DNA of 63,784 nt, filler included, from Reticulomyxa filosa (Eukaryota > Protista > Foraminifera), in assembly GCA_000512085.1 (NCBI GenBank). It is 17 parts of 17 records of this genome, joined end to end, with 100 filler letters (N's around TTAATTAATTAA, not from the genome) between each part and the next. Parts side by side here need not be neighbours in the genome. Positions count along the whole stretch, not along the records: positions 1 to 1,780 come from ASPP01026865.1; positions 1,881 to 4,189 come from ASPP01007383.1; positions 4,290 to 17,076 come from ASPP01034728.1; 14 more parts are not named here. One strand, 5' to 3'. Numbering within the stretch: position 1 is the first letter of the stretch; each line of letters begins with the position of its first letter. Below are positions 1-12,389 of the stretch, piece by piece. The notes beneath the pieces are model-generated. The model saw nothing but the letters and a program-made list of their open reading frames with translations, was not told where the DNA came from and did no database searches. The translations under genes were made by a program, and so were the position numbers.

Positions 1-550
1 TAACATAATTAAATCAAATTATTCATGTTTTGACTTTGCAAGCAAAATTTACAACAAGTTTATTTTTGTTTTTTTCATAATGTCCTGAAATTTTTTGTCA
101 ACAAGAACATACACGCTACTTTGAATCCATGAGCGACTTTTCATTTCCTTTTTATTTTCTGCCCTTTCAATTGTTACTTTTACTTCTTACTCACCACAAA
201 AAACAATTTATTTGGTGAAATTTAACAATGGTGAATGATGTGAATTTACTTTTTAATTGAAAAATAAATCGAGATTTTAAAATTCCAAATGCTTTTTTTA
301 GTTATCTTTCATCGAAAATTGCAGATATTTTACAAGATTCATTAAGTAAGCTTTTTTTGCAGAAGTTCTCTTTATATTGTCTCAAAAGAGCACGATATTG
401 GATTTTTTCTTTTTGACTTTTCAGTTGAGGAAGCGTATTTCTATGTTCAAAGAAAAGTGCAAAAAATCAGAAAGTTTGTTACGAGCAGAATTTCGGTAGT
501 CCTTCAGGCTATCACTTGATATCGTATTGGAGAGAAAATCAAAAGTTTTT

Positions 551-1743
551 TCAAACAGTTTGCGGCAATTTCTCCCTTTTTTCAAACACTTCAACACAAA
601 ATTCATAAGTAGTGCCTGCATGAGTTAACATTAATTCATCAGACAAGTCATTGACATAATTTTCTAATTCTTCATTACTCATTGCGGTTCCTAAGTATTG
701 CTTGAGTGGAATAACTGGCGCTCTGTCGTATGCATGTTGGCTTAATTTTGTCTCTAAAAATTGTTTCCATTGCATGAGAAGCTCCCACATTAGGTCAGTT
801 ACTTTTTTTGTGACAAAACTTCGGAGCTCGGCCTTGCAAGTTTCAGGAATAGGAGCCCTTTTGACATAAACAAGAAATAAAGTTTTTCCTTGTGAGACAA
901 GTGTAAATGTGTGGTTTTCGTAACTGGTACAAAGTCATCAATTTTTTTGGAATTTTGCTCCACGTGTTCTCACTAAGTAAATATAATCGTTCCAAATACA
1001 CCCACAAGGAGGCGCAGTGTTCCAAGTATAATTCTTTAACATGCTGAAAAGGTTCAAATTCAGCTTGTTGCAAATACAATACATTTTCCATGTAACTACC
1101 GAGTGCATAAGTCCCATCAGGGATAGTTTTTTGTCGATGCAATGCAATGAAAACATGTTCCAATGCTTGTTTCGATATTTTATAAGCCATTGACGAATTT
1201 TGTTTGTTATCATCTACTGTTTTATTTTCGATGACATCACCAATTTGTCCAACTCTGCTTCTAGCACGTTGTTCGATTTTGATTTTTAAATTCTCGAGCA
1301 ATTGCTCGTTTACAGAACGAAAATAGTCTTTCTTTTTATTAGTACTGTACCTGCGGTTGATATCAGCAATTAGTTGTCGAATATCATGTTGCCCTGCCAA
1401 CTCGAACAACACGTCATTCAATGTAAAGTGAATAAATTTTCTTCCAATGATGTAGGATTGTTTCATTCGACTTTCCAGCAATCTCAGATTGATATTGAAT
1501 AAGACTTTTGTTCCATATTCAAACTTTTGACTTACACATTCTTGAAGTTGTCTTTTTTTTAATCATTCAATTTCTGGCTTTTTTTGTTTTCTATCACAAA
1601 CACGTAGTTTTTTTTTAAAAAAGATCAACTGCAAAAATAAGGATTCATCAATAGCAACGACGTCTCTTTCATTGGATATGTGTGTCAACAAAATTTCACC
1701 AAGAGTATTGGATTGTGATGTGTGGTCATCGACCAGAGGAAGT
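551..1743 (-). CDS. 3' portion of an RNF213/mysterin-like giant protein (C-terminal domain), 5'-partial; exons 1743-1630, 1551-925, 857-551
   Basis: GT-AG introns at 1629-1552 and 924-858 join the ORFs into one frame (…ECVSQKFEYGTKVLFNINLRLLESRMKQSYIIGRKFI…LYLEHCASLWVYLE…YQAPIPETCKAELRSF…LSDELMLTHAGTTYEF…). Motif order matches my recollection of the RNF213 C-terminus (NCQY..G….DL..IQ.QI..RF..GKP; L.LKH…LW..L; Y…L……L..FL; FPEEILL). No alignment was run. Confidence 0.6.
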
Positions 1744-1780
1744 CTGTGCGTTCAAAACAGATAAAACTGGTGTCTTCTTC

Positions 1781-1880
1781 NNNNNNNNNNNNNNNNNNNN
1801 NNNNNNNNNNNNNNNNNNNNNNNNTTAATTAATTAANNNNNNNNNNNNNNNNNNNNNNNNNNNNNNNNNNNNNNNNNNNN
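1781..1880. other. Artificial contig linker N44-TTAATTAATTAA-N44, first of 16; the others start at 4190, 17077, 20019, 22459, 42338, 43908, 47703, 51166, 52285, 53521, 56769, 58223, 59804, 61358 and 62645
   Basis: Identical 100-bp structure each time. TTAATTAATTAA puts stop codons in all six frames, a standard concatenation spacer. Confidence 0.98.
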
Positions 1881-1945
1881 TAAAAATAAAAACACCACTT
1901 GCACTTTTTTTTTTTATGTGACGCTATACAAAGGAATCATCACCA

Positions 1946-3891
1946 ATGCCAGCAAATTTGGACACGACTCCATTGAGTGCGTCAAAAAAAGAGACGACAG
2001 CAACAAAGATAAAGGAAGACGACGAAGTGAAAGAAGCGGCATACAAAGCTCCTTTGATAACGAAAATCGAAGACGATGAAGTGAAAGGTGCGACATACAA
2101 AGATCCATTTTCGACAAGCAAAGTACCCTCGACGCAGCATTGGAACGAGGGGGATTTGAGTGCAATGGCGTTCCCCTCCAATCCCCAGAACTCAGTGTTG
2201 CCAAACAAGATAACCCGACGTGCAAGCGTTTCCGACAAGGAAGGTCTCGGAAAGAAAAAAGTGGAACAAAGACGATTTTCGTACAGCCAGGCACAAGAAA
2301 GCCAAAAGCACCAATTGCTCCAAGACAATATGGTATTCCCAAAAATTGATGTATTTCCGTATGAAACAAACAAAACCTTTGACACATTGGAGAACAATGA
2401 GCAAATATTTACACCGAAGGCGTCCCAAAATGCCCATTCAAAGGTGGCTGTTGCCAGTATGACACCCATGTTAATGGATGAAGGAACAGATGACCACGCC
2501 TCCGCTCGTTTGATGCAGTCCTTTTCGGATGAGTTGCCAGTCCACAAAAACCAGAAACGAACTGATGCAATCGCAGCCACAGCTACAGTCACAGACGCAA
2601 CCGCTTCTATCTCTGTCCAAGTAAAAAAAGACGAAACAAATTTGAAATCCTCAAGTCCCAGAAAGACAATCGGAAAGATTTGTACAGTTGTGTGTTGCTG
2701 TTTTTTTTAAAATTTTTTTTCCAAGTTTTATCTATTTATGTATATGAATATGTATGTATACATATATATATATATATATGTATTGAACAAAAGCATACGG
2801 ATAAAAATAACCCAGGTGCTATGGACAATTGTTCGATTGTTCTTGTTCGCATTGGTTGTTGTCGGCTTGGTAGTTATCGCCCAGTTCCAATGGGACCGCT
2901 ACTTCACGGAATTGTCTGACTCGAACAACAGTCCCAGGTTTGTTGGAGATCAACTCCCCGAATGTGTGGAGAGCCCTTTGCTATATGAAGGTAAGAACTG
3001 TTCCCGTTGAGATCTTTTCTTATGTTGACATGTGGGAGGTTTTTTTTTTTTGGTAACAAAAGGACAACCACCTGAATCGAATGGAGTCAGACTGTGCACA
3101 GACGAGGAACTTGTGGTGCTATTGGAAACCAAGATCCATGCAGCTGCACAACTAATGCTTTCGCAAAAGTACGGACAATACGAATGTGGCGATGAAACAG
3201 TACGCTACAAAATGGAAATGACAGAGATCGAAGACAATGTACGCGACGTACTGGCCTTGTCCGAAGCGGAAAAAAGCAGGTGGAAAGAGGCTTTTGAAAA
3301 GTTTGACGCAAAGGTAAGAGAAAATAAGATCTCCGGCGTTATTCAATATGACGACAATGACAAAACGTGCAAAAGCACGAAAGTCGTCAAGCCATTAGGC
3401 TGCATTCTCTCACAATGGTCCAAAGGACATTCCGTCGAAATATTTGCCACTAGCACTTTGCTTGTTATTGTCTCTGGGTTTATTTTTTGGTATCAAAAGA
3501 GAAAAGTAAATAAAAAGACACCTCAAGGTGTGAACTACATTTGCCCCCTTTTTTGTTTGCTATTTATATATACATATACACGTATGTATATAATTGTTAT
3601 TGTTATTGTTATTGTTATTGTTTGTTTGAAATGGACCGATTCGGGTGTTGTTCATTAGACCTTACAACTCAAGTATTACATTTTTTGTCAGAAAATTGTA
3701 ATTTGTTTAACAATCAATTGCCGGTTGCAGCACACGCCGTTCGAGAAACATTCAAGATTACAGATGAACACATCTGGAACGTAGTTTCAAGGGGTGTTCG
3801 CCAAGACTCGAATGTGCAAACCAGCGAAAGTGATGTAGATGAGGTACAAAGAGAAATGTGGGCGTGGAGCTCCCTTCATATACCCAAATAA
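1946..3891 (+). CDS. Inner nuclear membrane protein of the MAN1/LEM2/Src1(Heh1) family (MSC domain), spliced, probably 5'-partial
   Basis: Low-complexity N-terminal region, then TM1 (LFLFALVVVGLVVIA), a lumenal domain with LSQKYGQYECG and KPLGC, TM2 (LLVIVSGFIFWY) and a C-terminal winged-helix-type signature (IWNVVSRGVRQDSNVQ…EMWAW). Exons are joined by GT-AG introns, e.g. acceptors at 3062 and 3658. Confidence 0.75.
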
Positions 3892-4289
3892 TCTTGCTTC
3901 TCTCATTTTTTGTTTGGCGTTCTTGCTTTCTTGCATGGGTGCTGCCTTTACTAACGAATGCGTATGGACCGAAGTGGTTTTGATGCATTGTATTGTTTTG
4001 GTGAGTTTGTTTCGTTTGCAGAGAAAAAAAAGAAAAACGTAGGAGTTGTATGATGTCACAACTAACGGCCATTTTTTTTTTGGTTCGATCGATCATTGGA
4101 TCATCAGTCTGCCCACATTATCTTGTTTTGGGAGATGACATATCATATTCGATCTGATGATTCCTCTATGTTTGTTCTTTTTTTTTTTTNNNNNNNNNNN
4201 NNNNNNNNNNNNNNNNNNNNNNNNNNNNNNNNNTTAATTAATTAANNNNNNNNNNNNNNNNNNNNNNNNNNNNNNNNNNNNNNNNNNNN

Positions 4290-5530
4290 GTTATGAAATA
4301 GCTCTTCACACCCACGAGTGGCGGCCTTGCGCAATCTTATGCATGAACTAATTTCACATATTGCGCCCCCCAAAGGAAGCTTCTTGACTGTCAAACGCAG
4401 CACCAGTGATGCTTGTGATAGCAACGACAAAACGCAGTCCAGGTTCCCTTTTACTCTTTTGTCAATTGTTTAACACATTGAACCGATATTGTGCTCGCCA
4501 ATATTTTGGTACAACTGCTGCATTCAACGATTTAATTTGGTGCGCACGGAAAAGCTGATGTTGTTGCACATTTGTCACAAAAAGAATAGTCTATAATTGG
4601 ATCGACAATTCAAAGGTCGCTTCATTATTTAGCGAATCAAAAAAAAATTGTGATATTGGCAACGTATTGACGGTGCTGGGCCCTGGGTGGATAATAATAA
4701 CATTTTATATCAACAGTCGAGCCCTCCTTTTCCACACAATATTCGATTGGTCTTTATATGCACTTGTTCCATGTTCATGTTACCTGTCGTTGTAATTGTG
4801 CTTGGGTCCATTGCTTAAAAAAGTTTTTTATATATACATTTTTTGTTTTAATATGTACATATTCAATAGCTAATAGCAAACACAACATCTTTATACGTAT
4901 ATTGGTTATTTATTTTTATGTATATGATATTTGTTGCTTGAAATATTTTAATAGATATTCCAAGGCGTAACAACGAAATTTTGGAATGCGAATGGACAGT
5001 TTTTTTGTTGTTTATATTGTCATTGGTGCTGCAGCGAATTCCCAGCGGTAATGGCAATTATAACAGCAACCACAGCAATATCGATGGTTGCATACATGAA
5101 AGCAAAAGTTGCAACCTCATGGTCGAATTGTTGCTGATGAAAATCTAATATCTCGTCAAATCATGGAAGCCGTACTACAACGCATGCATCTATCATTTCT
5201 CCAACACATGTATTTGTTCATCATTGAACAAATATCGATTAATGATTGCGTGTATCAAATATGGATAATGTTATTATGTTTTGGAAAAAAAAATTGGATG
5301 TCCATGTCGTGTTATGTGGCTCATGACGGGTTGAAAGTAGTGAGCTGGTTGTTATCATGAATGCGCAACCTATATTCCAAGTTATAATGTTTTTTTTGTA
5401 ATATAATTGAAATATGTATGACAATACACACGTACATAACATAGGTCTCCAAAGTGTACAATATCTGTATCAAGAAATTGGAAAGTCTCTGTGGTGGTTG
5501 CGGTGTCAAGCAAGGGTGAAGCGAAGCTAC
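4290..5530 (+). repeat. Degenerate duplicated segment (decayed coding-like sequence); inverted copy at ~12390-13690
   Basis: Collinear shared blocks with the reverse complement of 12390-13690, e.g. gctcttca..cac..gtggcg, caaaacgcagtcca, gcgcaacct.tattccaagttataat, tacacacgta..taacataggtctc, ttgcggtg.caagcaag. Confidence 0.85.
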
Positions 5531-5726
5531 AAGTATTTAATACTTGTCTCAAATTTGTTTGATTGGAAAAAATTGTCTTTTTTGTGTGTGAATTGCACTT
5601 TCTTTTGATTTTTCTTTTGGTGATAGTTTTAATGTCACATTTCCAGCTCACCTGATATCTTAATCAAATTATACTCATCTCAAAAAATTTCTGAACTTTA
5701 ATATTTTAAATCTTAAAGAAAGTGCG

Positions 5727-8560
5727 TTAGACTGTGCGAAATAGGGATTGATTCTTGTTACTATTGGCAAAAAATATTTCGAGTGTCATGTAGGAGTAAA
5801 TGAAAAGAAGAATATGCATAATAATAGTCATATCTCCAAAATAATATTTCCCTTTTTCTTTGAAAAAAGCAAGACTGTCCCGAAATTTTTCTAAATATCT
5901 GTTCTCTCTTTCATCCACGGTGACAACGTTTTTGCCGAATGCTTCCCTCGAAAATCAAACTCGAATTTGCTGTGCTTGTTGATTTTATCATTTTCTCGTT
6001 GAATTTTCAATCCCCGAAATATCTTCACAATTTGCTGTTGGGACGGTGTCTTGTTCATCAACAACTTTCCACTGTACATTAGTAATCTTTGATCAAAAAA
6101 TCGTGTCCATGAAGGGACTCCATTAACATTCCTTATAATATCGTTGTATCAAAAAAAACTTGTGGTGGGAATCCTTGTTCGACGATCCACTAGAACCCAC
6201 GATATTGTTATCCGTTGTATGAACCATCATCGACTTGGCAGTATCTAAACAAATTGGGACGATGTGATGTGTAATTTTGAAAAACTGAAGTGGCGACAAA
6301 TTATGTGACGGCAATCCGCCGTTTTCGCAACATACAACAAATGATTCCTTTTCGACAGCAATCATCCAATACTGTAGATTGTCCATCATATCGCATATGT
6401 AAAACGTATCGTGGTGATTCAAATAGTCCAAATTCTCCTTACCTATTGTTGCCTCACGGGCCATTCCCAAGTATTCCTGGACACACTTCAGAGTGTGTTT
6501 GCTCTGGCTCATTCTCACTGAAGCTCTCTTTGTCGCCGTCGTCTTTACTTTTAGAAGAAGGATCAAAGAGGAGATACAATCTTCCAATAAGCTTTTGAAA
6601 AATACTTCTTCTTCTTCTTCTGGGGTTGGGAACTTAAAAAATTGTATGGAGGACTGGACCTTATTTCTGACATTTTTTTTTCAAAGAAAAAGGGGATTTT
6701 TGTTGTTTGTCCTTACGTACTGACAACAAAACTGTTTGCAACGGTTGAATTACCTAGCATTTCTGAATTTGGAAAATCTTAAATTGCTCGTAGTCAATAC
6801 AACTTTATTTCATTTACGTATGCAATCATATAAAATTAACATGCATAATATTACCATATTATGTGAATCACACACTTTTTGTCGAAAAAATTATTTTTAG
6901 TTTTGTAAGGTTTTTTATTGCCAGAGTATGAGATATTTCTAATCATTTATTGGATAAAAATAGACAACATTTGATGATAATTTTGAGATGCTTTGTTGCT
7001 GTACATTTGTAAAGCTGTGGCATACATCTCAACATCAGTGTTTTTTTTTTTTTTTGCAAAAACGGACTTATGTTGTCCGTATCAACATCCACATGATTTG
7101 ATCAAAAGATATCCAAAGGCTCATAGCATTGATATTTGAGGATCATGTGCACCTGGTTATCCATTAATTCTAACGTAGCGGTGGCATTCTGTCCCAATGG
7201 CAAATAAGTAGTGATTTTAAATTTCTTTTTATTTTTGAATCAAATAACACGTCATATTCAGAGACATTTGGAGTCTGATTTTCGACATTAGAGACCAGTT
7301 CTTCGATTAGATACTAGCTGTTATTTATCGGGTCTGCTTTAACTCCAACGGCTCCATCCTCTTGTTTGGAGTACGTTGAAAATAGTGTGTCACTCTCTTC
7401 GTTTTGCATTTCCTTTGAAGGTATAGCCGGAGACGTCACTATCAAAGTTTTTGAAGTTTCGAGTGTCCAAAACATTTCTTTCCAGAATTGTACGATCAAT
7501 ATTCGTCGCAATAGTTCAACCCATCCATTCAAATACAAGCAAAGAAATTTTTTTTAAAAGAAAAAAGTTTGAAGCTCTTTCTTTTTTTTTTTTTTAAACA
7601 AATTTGTCTATTTAGAATGAGTAAAGTCAGAACTTCGTTGAAATTGGACATGCTCTCTTTTTTCCAATTTGCTTTAAAATCATTTCGATAATAATTTTTT
7701 GGAACAACGGAAACCGATCCACAATCACATATGTGTCAGAGTGCAAGCTGTGTCAACACGCCAGCAATCAAAACTTCCTTTTTTATTTATTTATTTTTTT
7801 TAAAAAAAGCAAGAGTGTACACACATATATATAAATACAAATATATTTATGTTTATATATGTATTATACGCACAATGACCTTTTCAGCTAGCAAAACACT
7901 GGGCTGGAAAGGGACAGAAATATTTTGGACAAGATTGAGACTGAAGAATACTTTGGACATTAACAGGCTCCATTGTTTTATCTTTGAAATAGAGCCATCA
8001 CTCGTTGTCAAACCATTGTTATTCCGTGCATTTTTTATGTTTGTATTTGCATTTACATTTGTATTTGTACTTATGTTTTGAATGGTTTCACCGTTTTCAC
8101 TTTGGTTTTTAATGCAAACACCGCAATTGATTCAATTGCAATGTTCTAATTCCGGTTTGTAATCACTGGCCATATTCGCGTTCTTTGTGGCGACTGCAAC
8201 ATCAGACTCTATATCTTCTGTGTCTCCCAATTCGTCATTGTCACCAAAGTCACCAAATCAAGGCGAACAGATTCTCTTTCTATCATATCCATTTGCAAAG
8301 GGGGTCATTCCTACGTCGCTATCTTTGACCGTTGTTTGAAAGATGTCAGATTGCACATTGATGCCATTGCTGGAAGAAGAGTAGCCTGTCCAATGCTCTG
8401 AATGGGAATTGTCGATATTTGGATCGGTCATCGTTGCTGTGTTACCATCATTCAAAAGTCCTTCCATCGCGTTGTCCGAGTGAAACGGGTGTCCGTTCGT
8501 CGAACTGTCTTTGTTTTCATCTTCAGTGTTACCAAATCCACTGAAATCATTTTGATTCAT
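5727..8560 (-). pseudogene. Decayed multi-exon gene of unknown family (start MNQNDFSGFG…)
   Basis: Co-oriented ORF fragments (8258-8560, 7314-7538, 6123-6587, 5727-5918) broken by in-frame stops and frameshifts. The acidic N-terminus carries DFSGF and FGDFGD motifs. Confidence 0.45.
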
Positions 8561-9339
8561 TTTTTTTTGTTAATTGTCTTAATTTTTTTGAGCTGGATTA
8601 CTTTCTATGAAAAGAGAAAAATAACCCCACTGAACATTAAAAAGAACGTGTTGCTAGCGAGACGAAAAACTTTTGTAGTTTTAAAGTAAATTTGCTGCAC
8701 TTTTTGAAAAAATACGCAAATTGTAACTGAAAACTTTAAATGAGCTTGTGGCACGTTGGGTGCTGAAATGAAGTTCTTTTACGATATGTCAGAAATTTGT
8801 TTGACTGACGACAATAACAAAACTAAACGAAATGGAAACTCTGTAAGATTTGTTTTGAAGAAGAGAAATTGCCAACACATTGACAAGCTCTAGCTCCTTA
8901 GAAGTTTGTACGACATGCTTTACGGAAACACAAGGTAATGATTACAAACAATTGCGCTTATGCCACTTTTTTTAGAGCAATGGCACACTATCACTAACTG
9001 TGTAAATGTTTGAAAAAACAGCAGTGTAGAGATGATGAATGTATTAGAGTAGCCTGTCAATCACGTATTTTATTTTGTCCTTTGGGATTATTGTATCACA
9101 ATTGACCATCCACTAAAAGCCAAACTATTTTCAGTAGATTGCATACGAGTTAGAGGATACCATAAACGACTAAAATTTCAGAAACAAATTGGAGCATAAA
9201 TGTGCAAATACGAAGACTTAATATGAAGCAATTGATTGCACGTAGCTTTTAAGCCTTTCTTAATGTTTGCTATTAAAAACTATGACAATTGTATTGTCTG
9301 CCCATGTTGATGTGGTCGATAACGTCACCGTTTTGCTTT

Positions 9340-9522
9340 CTTTTTTTCGCTCCACAAAGCACGTCTCACAAACTTTGTTGTGTCTTCATTTACTAGCATA
9401 CATTCTGTACACTTCCAGTACGACCCGTAAGGCGTAGTAGAAACTGATTCCTTGGTACTCGTTTTTTCTTTTTCAGCAGAAGGCGCCGGAACTGACTCCT
9501 TGGTACTTACTTTTTCCTCCAA
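9340..9522 (-). pseudogene. Fragment encoding a RanBP2-type zinc finger (one-base frameshift)
   Basis: Adding one T in the run at 9370-9372 gives WKCTECMLVNEDTTKFCETC, an exact W-x-C-x2-C-x3-N-x6-C-x2-C match. Confidence 0.6.
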
Positions 9523-11669
9523 GAAAAGATAATGATGAAATCGAGAATTATTTGGGCTATATTATAGACCCCCATCAACGACACACGCGCTTTTTTTTGC
9601 TTTGCGTTCACAAGTCGATTACTGTCACAAACAACCAAAATTGAAAATTTTTTGAAAAGTCTTAAATAATTTTAAAATTTTGGGTAGATTACTTTAAATA
9701 ATTTTCCGGTGCGGTATTGGCTCAATATTTACAATTACTTCATTTACCTACAGAGATTTGTCGAATCATGTATTAAAATTTCAAAAAAAATTTAGTTCAC
9801 CAAGTTGAAGTATGATAAGTGTAACAATCAACAAGTAATTGAATTGCAAGAATACTGTTGCTAACAATTAACATTTATCGAATTATACTTGTGCAAATGA
9901 TGTATGAGGCACACAAATCACTAATTACAAAATATTTTTCTCGATAGACATATTAAATTTTGATAAATAAATTTGTTGTGTAATAATAATTTCTTTTAAT
10001 CTTTTCATTATTTACGCTACATCCCAATACTTTCTATAAATGCGTACATTTCTATAGATTTTTAACGATTTTTGTTAGTCTTTTTTTCTGATATGATAAT
10101 TAATATCAATAAACTCTTTGTTGTTGCCGAATTCTCTATTACCACTAGCTAACTATGAAGATAAAGCAATGCAGTGATGAAAATGAGTCAAGATAATGCC
10201 ACATCTGAGAAAAGGATGAAAAGAAATATTGTGCTGTCTTACAGCTAGATAAAGAGCAGTGTGGAGAGTAGAAACGATGATCAAACACGCGCTTGTTTGG
10301 AAGTGCAGAAGAACAAAAAGAATTTTGTTAGAAATGTTCAAATGATGGACAATTGTAATCTTGATAGCCATCAAAAGCCAATAACTCATGGAATTTCATC
10401 ATATAATGAAAGAATAGCGTTTGTCTTATGAATTTCTTGGCAAGCAGACAATATCAAATACAGTTGTTTCACTTTGAAGAAGCATGGAAAAAATACTTTG
10501 GAGAAAAGTGCAGCATTGAAATATTGAAAAGAGCTTCATTTTTGAAATTTGACGTTAAGTGTTCACAAGTGTGGTAAAAGCAACACAACGAGGATAGGGA
10601 TAATGAGTACACACAAGAAGTAAGGGCAGCAAATCCAATCCACAATGAACAAATAATAGAGCAGCAACGATATCATCTTCGTGTATTTAGATGTTAAGCC
10701 AATACAAACTTTGTTTCATCGAAAGAAGAGCAACATATGTATAACAATGATCCGAATCGAGAGTAGCACGCACTCGTTATATCCAATCGATTTGTGATGC
10801 TAATTCTCACTCACAATAGCGACACTATCAACTAGCTCATAAACGTACTCAATGCAGCCATATATAATGAAGATTGTTGGAATTTTTGGAGGAATAGCAA
10901 AGAGTGTACACAGTTTTTAATTTTTTTTTTTTTAAAGAAATCTTTTTTTTTGTTTTGCCACATTTATTTGGAAATGCTATTCCTCAGAACGCTTGTTATT
11001 ACACTATTGGCTCAGATATTCCGATTATTGTGTTGGACAGAAAAACATTATCGAACTGGATAAGTGAATATAATTGCTATTTGAACACACATCACATTTA
11101 CGAGTCTCATTTCAAAGTTCGAGTGTCAGACCACATTAAGTCACGTATACCGATCAATGTGATACACTACCATGTCATTGATCGCATTTGGCGTGGTCTA
11201 TGGCCACTTTGGAGGGAAACTAAAAAAAGAGAGCAACATTTCCGACAAACATATAAAAAAGAATGATCCAGATGGACGGTAATGGAAAATCAAGAGAAAA
11301 ATATGGAGTGAGTTGTTGGCGACTGAAACACGCTCTTTGCATGGCGTTGATACACTTAACAAAGACAATACAAAAAAAAAATAATAAAGTAACACAGTTA
11401 TCGATTGAAAAGAAATTAAAAAGCTTGCTACCCAGAACAATATGAACATTTATCTTCCTCTTTTTCCTCGCAGTGTCCACATGAAACTTTGATCAATACG
11501 TTGAAACATTGTGCCACTCCAAATAAATTGGTTTTGAAATTGCCTTTTCAAAAAGTTTGGAGCCTATGTTTAAAAATATGTGTTTGATCCATATTCTTGA
11601 TTATGCTTTGGTTATTGTTGATGAAAAAGTTGATAGATACGAGTGCCTCCGAAAAATATTGGTCACGTG

Positions 11670-11900
11670 AAGAATTGATTATTTATGAAGACGAAGAAAT
11701 AGTGGTAAATAAACCTCTGGGGATGAGTGTGCATTTGCCTGAAAGTAATACATTGTCTTGGTACTTGTTATTAAACATGTGCATATCAATATAATTGGAA
11801 CAGAAATTATTTTCATGCACAGCACCCATTTGTTAGAATTTGAGCATCCAACCACCAAAGAGCGAATGAATTTTCAATGTCCAATGTCTGCAATGTTTTA
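11670..11900 (+). pseudogene. RluA-family pseudouridine synthase remnant with the catalytic core deleted
   Basis: N-terminal motif LIIYEDEEIVVNKPLGMSVHLP is followed almost directly by the C-terminal motif FMHSTHLLEFEHPTTKERMNFQCP. The HRLD catalytic motif is absent. Confidence 0.7.
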
Positions 11901-12389
11901 CTCTTGCAACAATTGCAATAATTGTCAAACAAAACTATAGTGATTTCAATTATTGTTATCTTTTTTTCTTTTTTAGATAGCTCTTTTTTGGAATTTTTGA
12001 GTCCTTTGTTCATTTTCATGGCCAAAGAACTTGCACATCTTACCAACTTCCAATCGCCAATATTAATGCTATTTTTGTCCTTATTGGATTCAAACTCTAT
12101 TTCACCTTTTTCTTTCTCGTCTTTTTGCTCCTTTTTCTTAAGCTTTTTCAAAGACACAAGTGAAACGAAAATATGCAGATAGATTCGATTTGAACCTTTT
12201 TTTAGATTTAAAATATTAAAATTTAGAAATTTTTTACAGTGAATATAATTTGATGAATATATCGGTGAGTTGGTGAAGATGTTTAAATTATTATTTAAAA
12301 AAAATCAAAAATTACAATTGGAACAAAAGACAACAAAATTAAGGCAAGTATCATAATTGCAATCGGATATGCCAAAAATTGGCATTATT

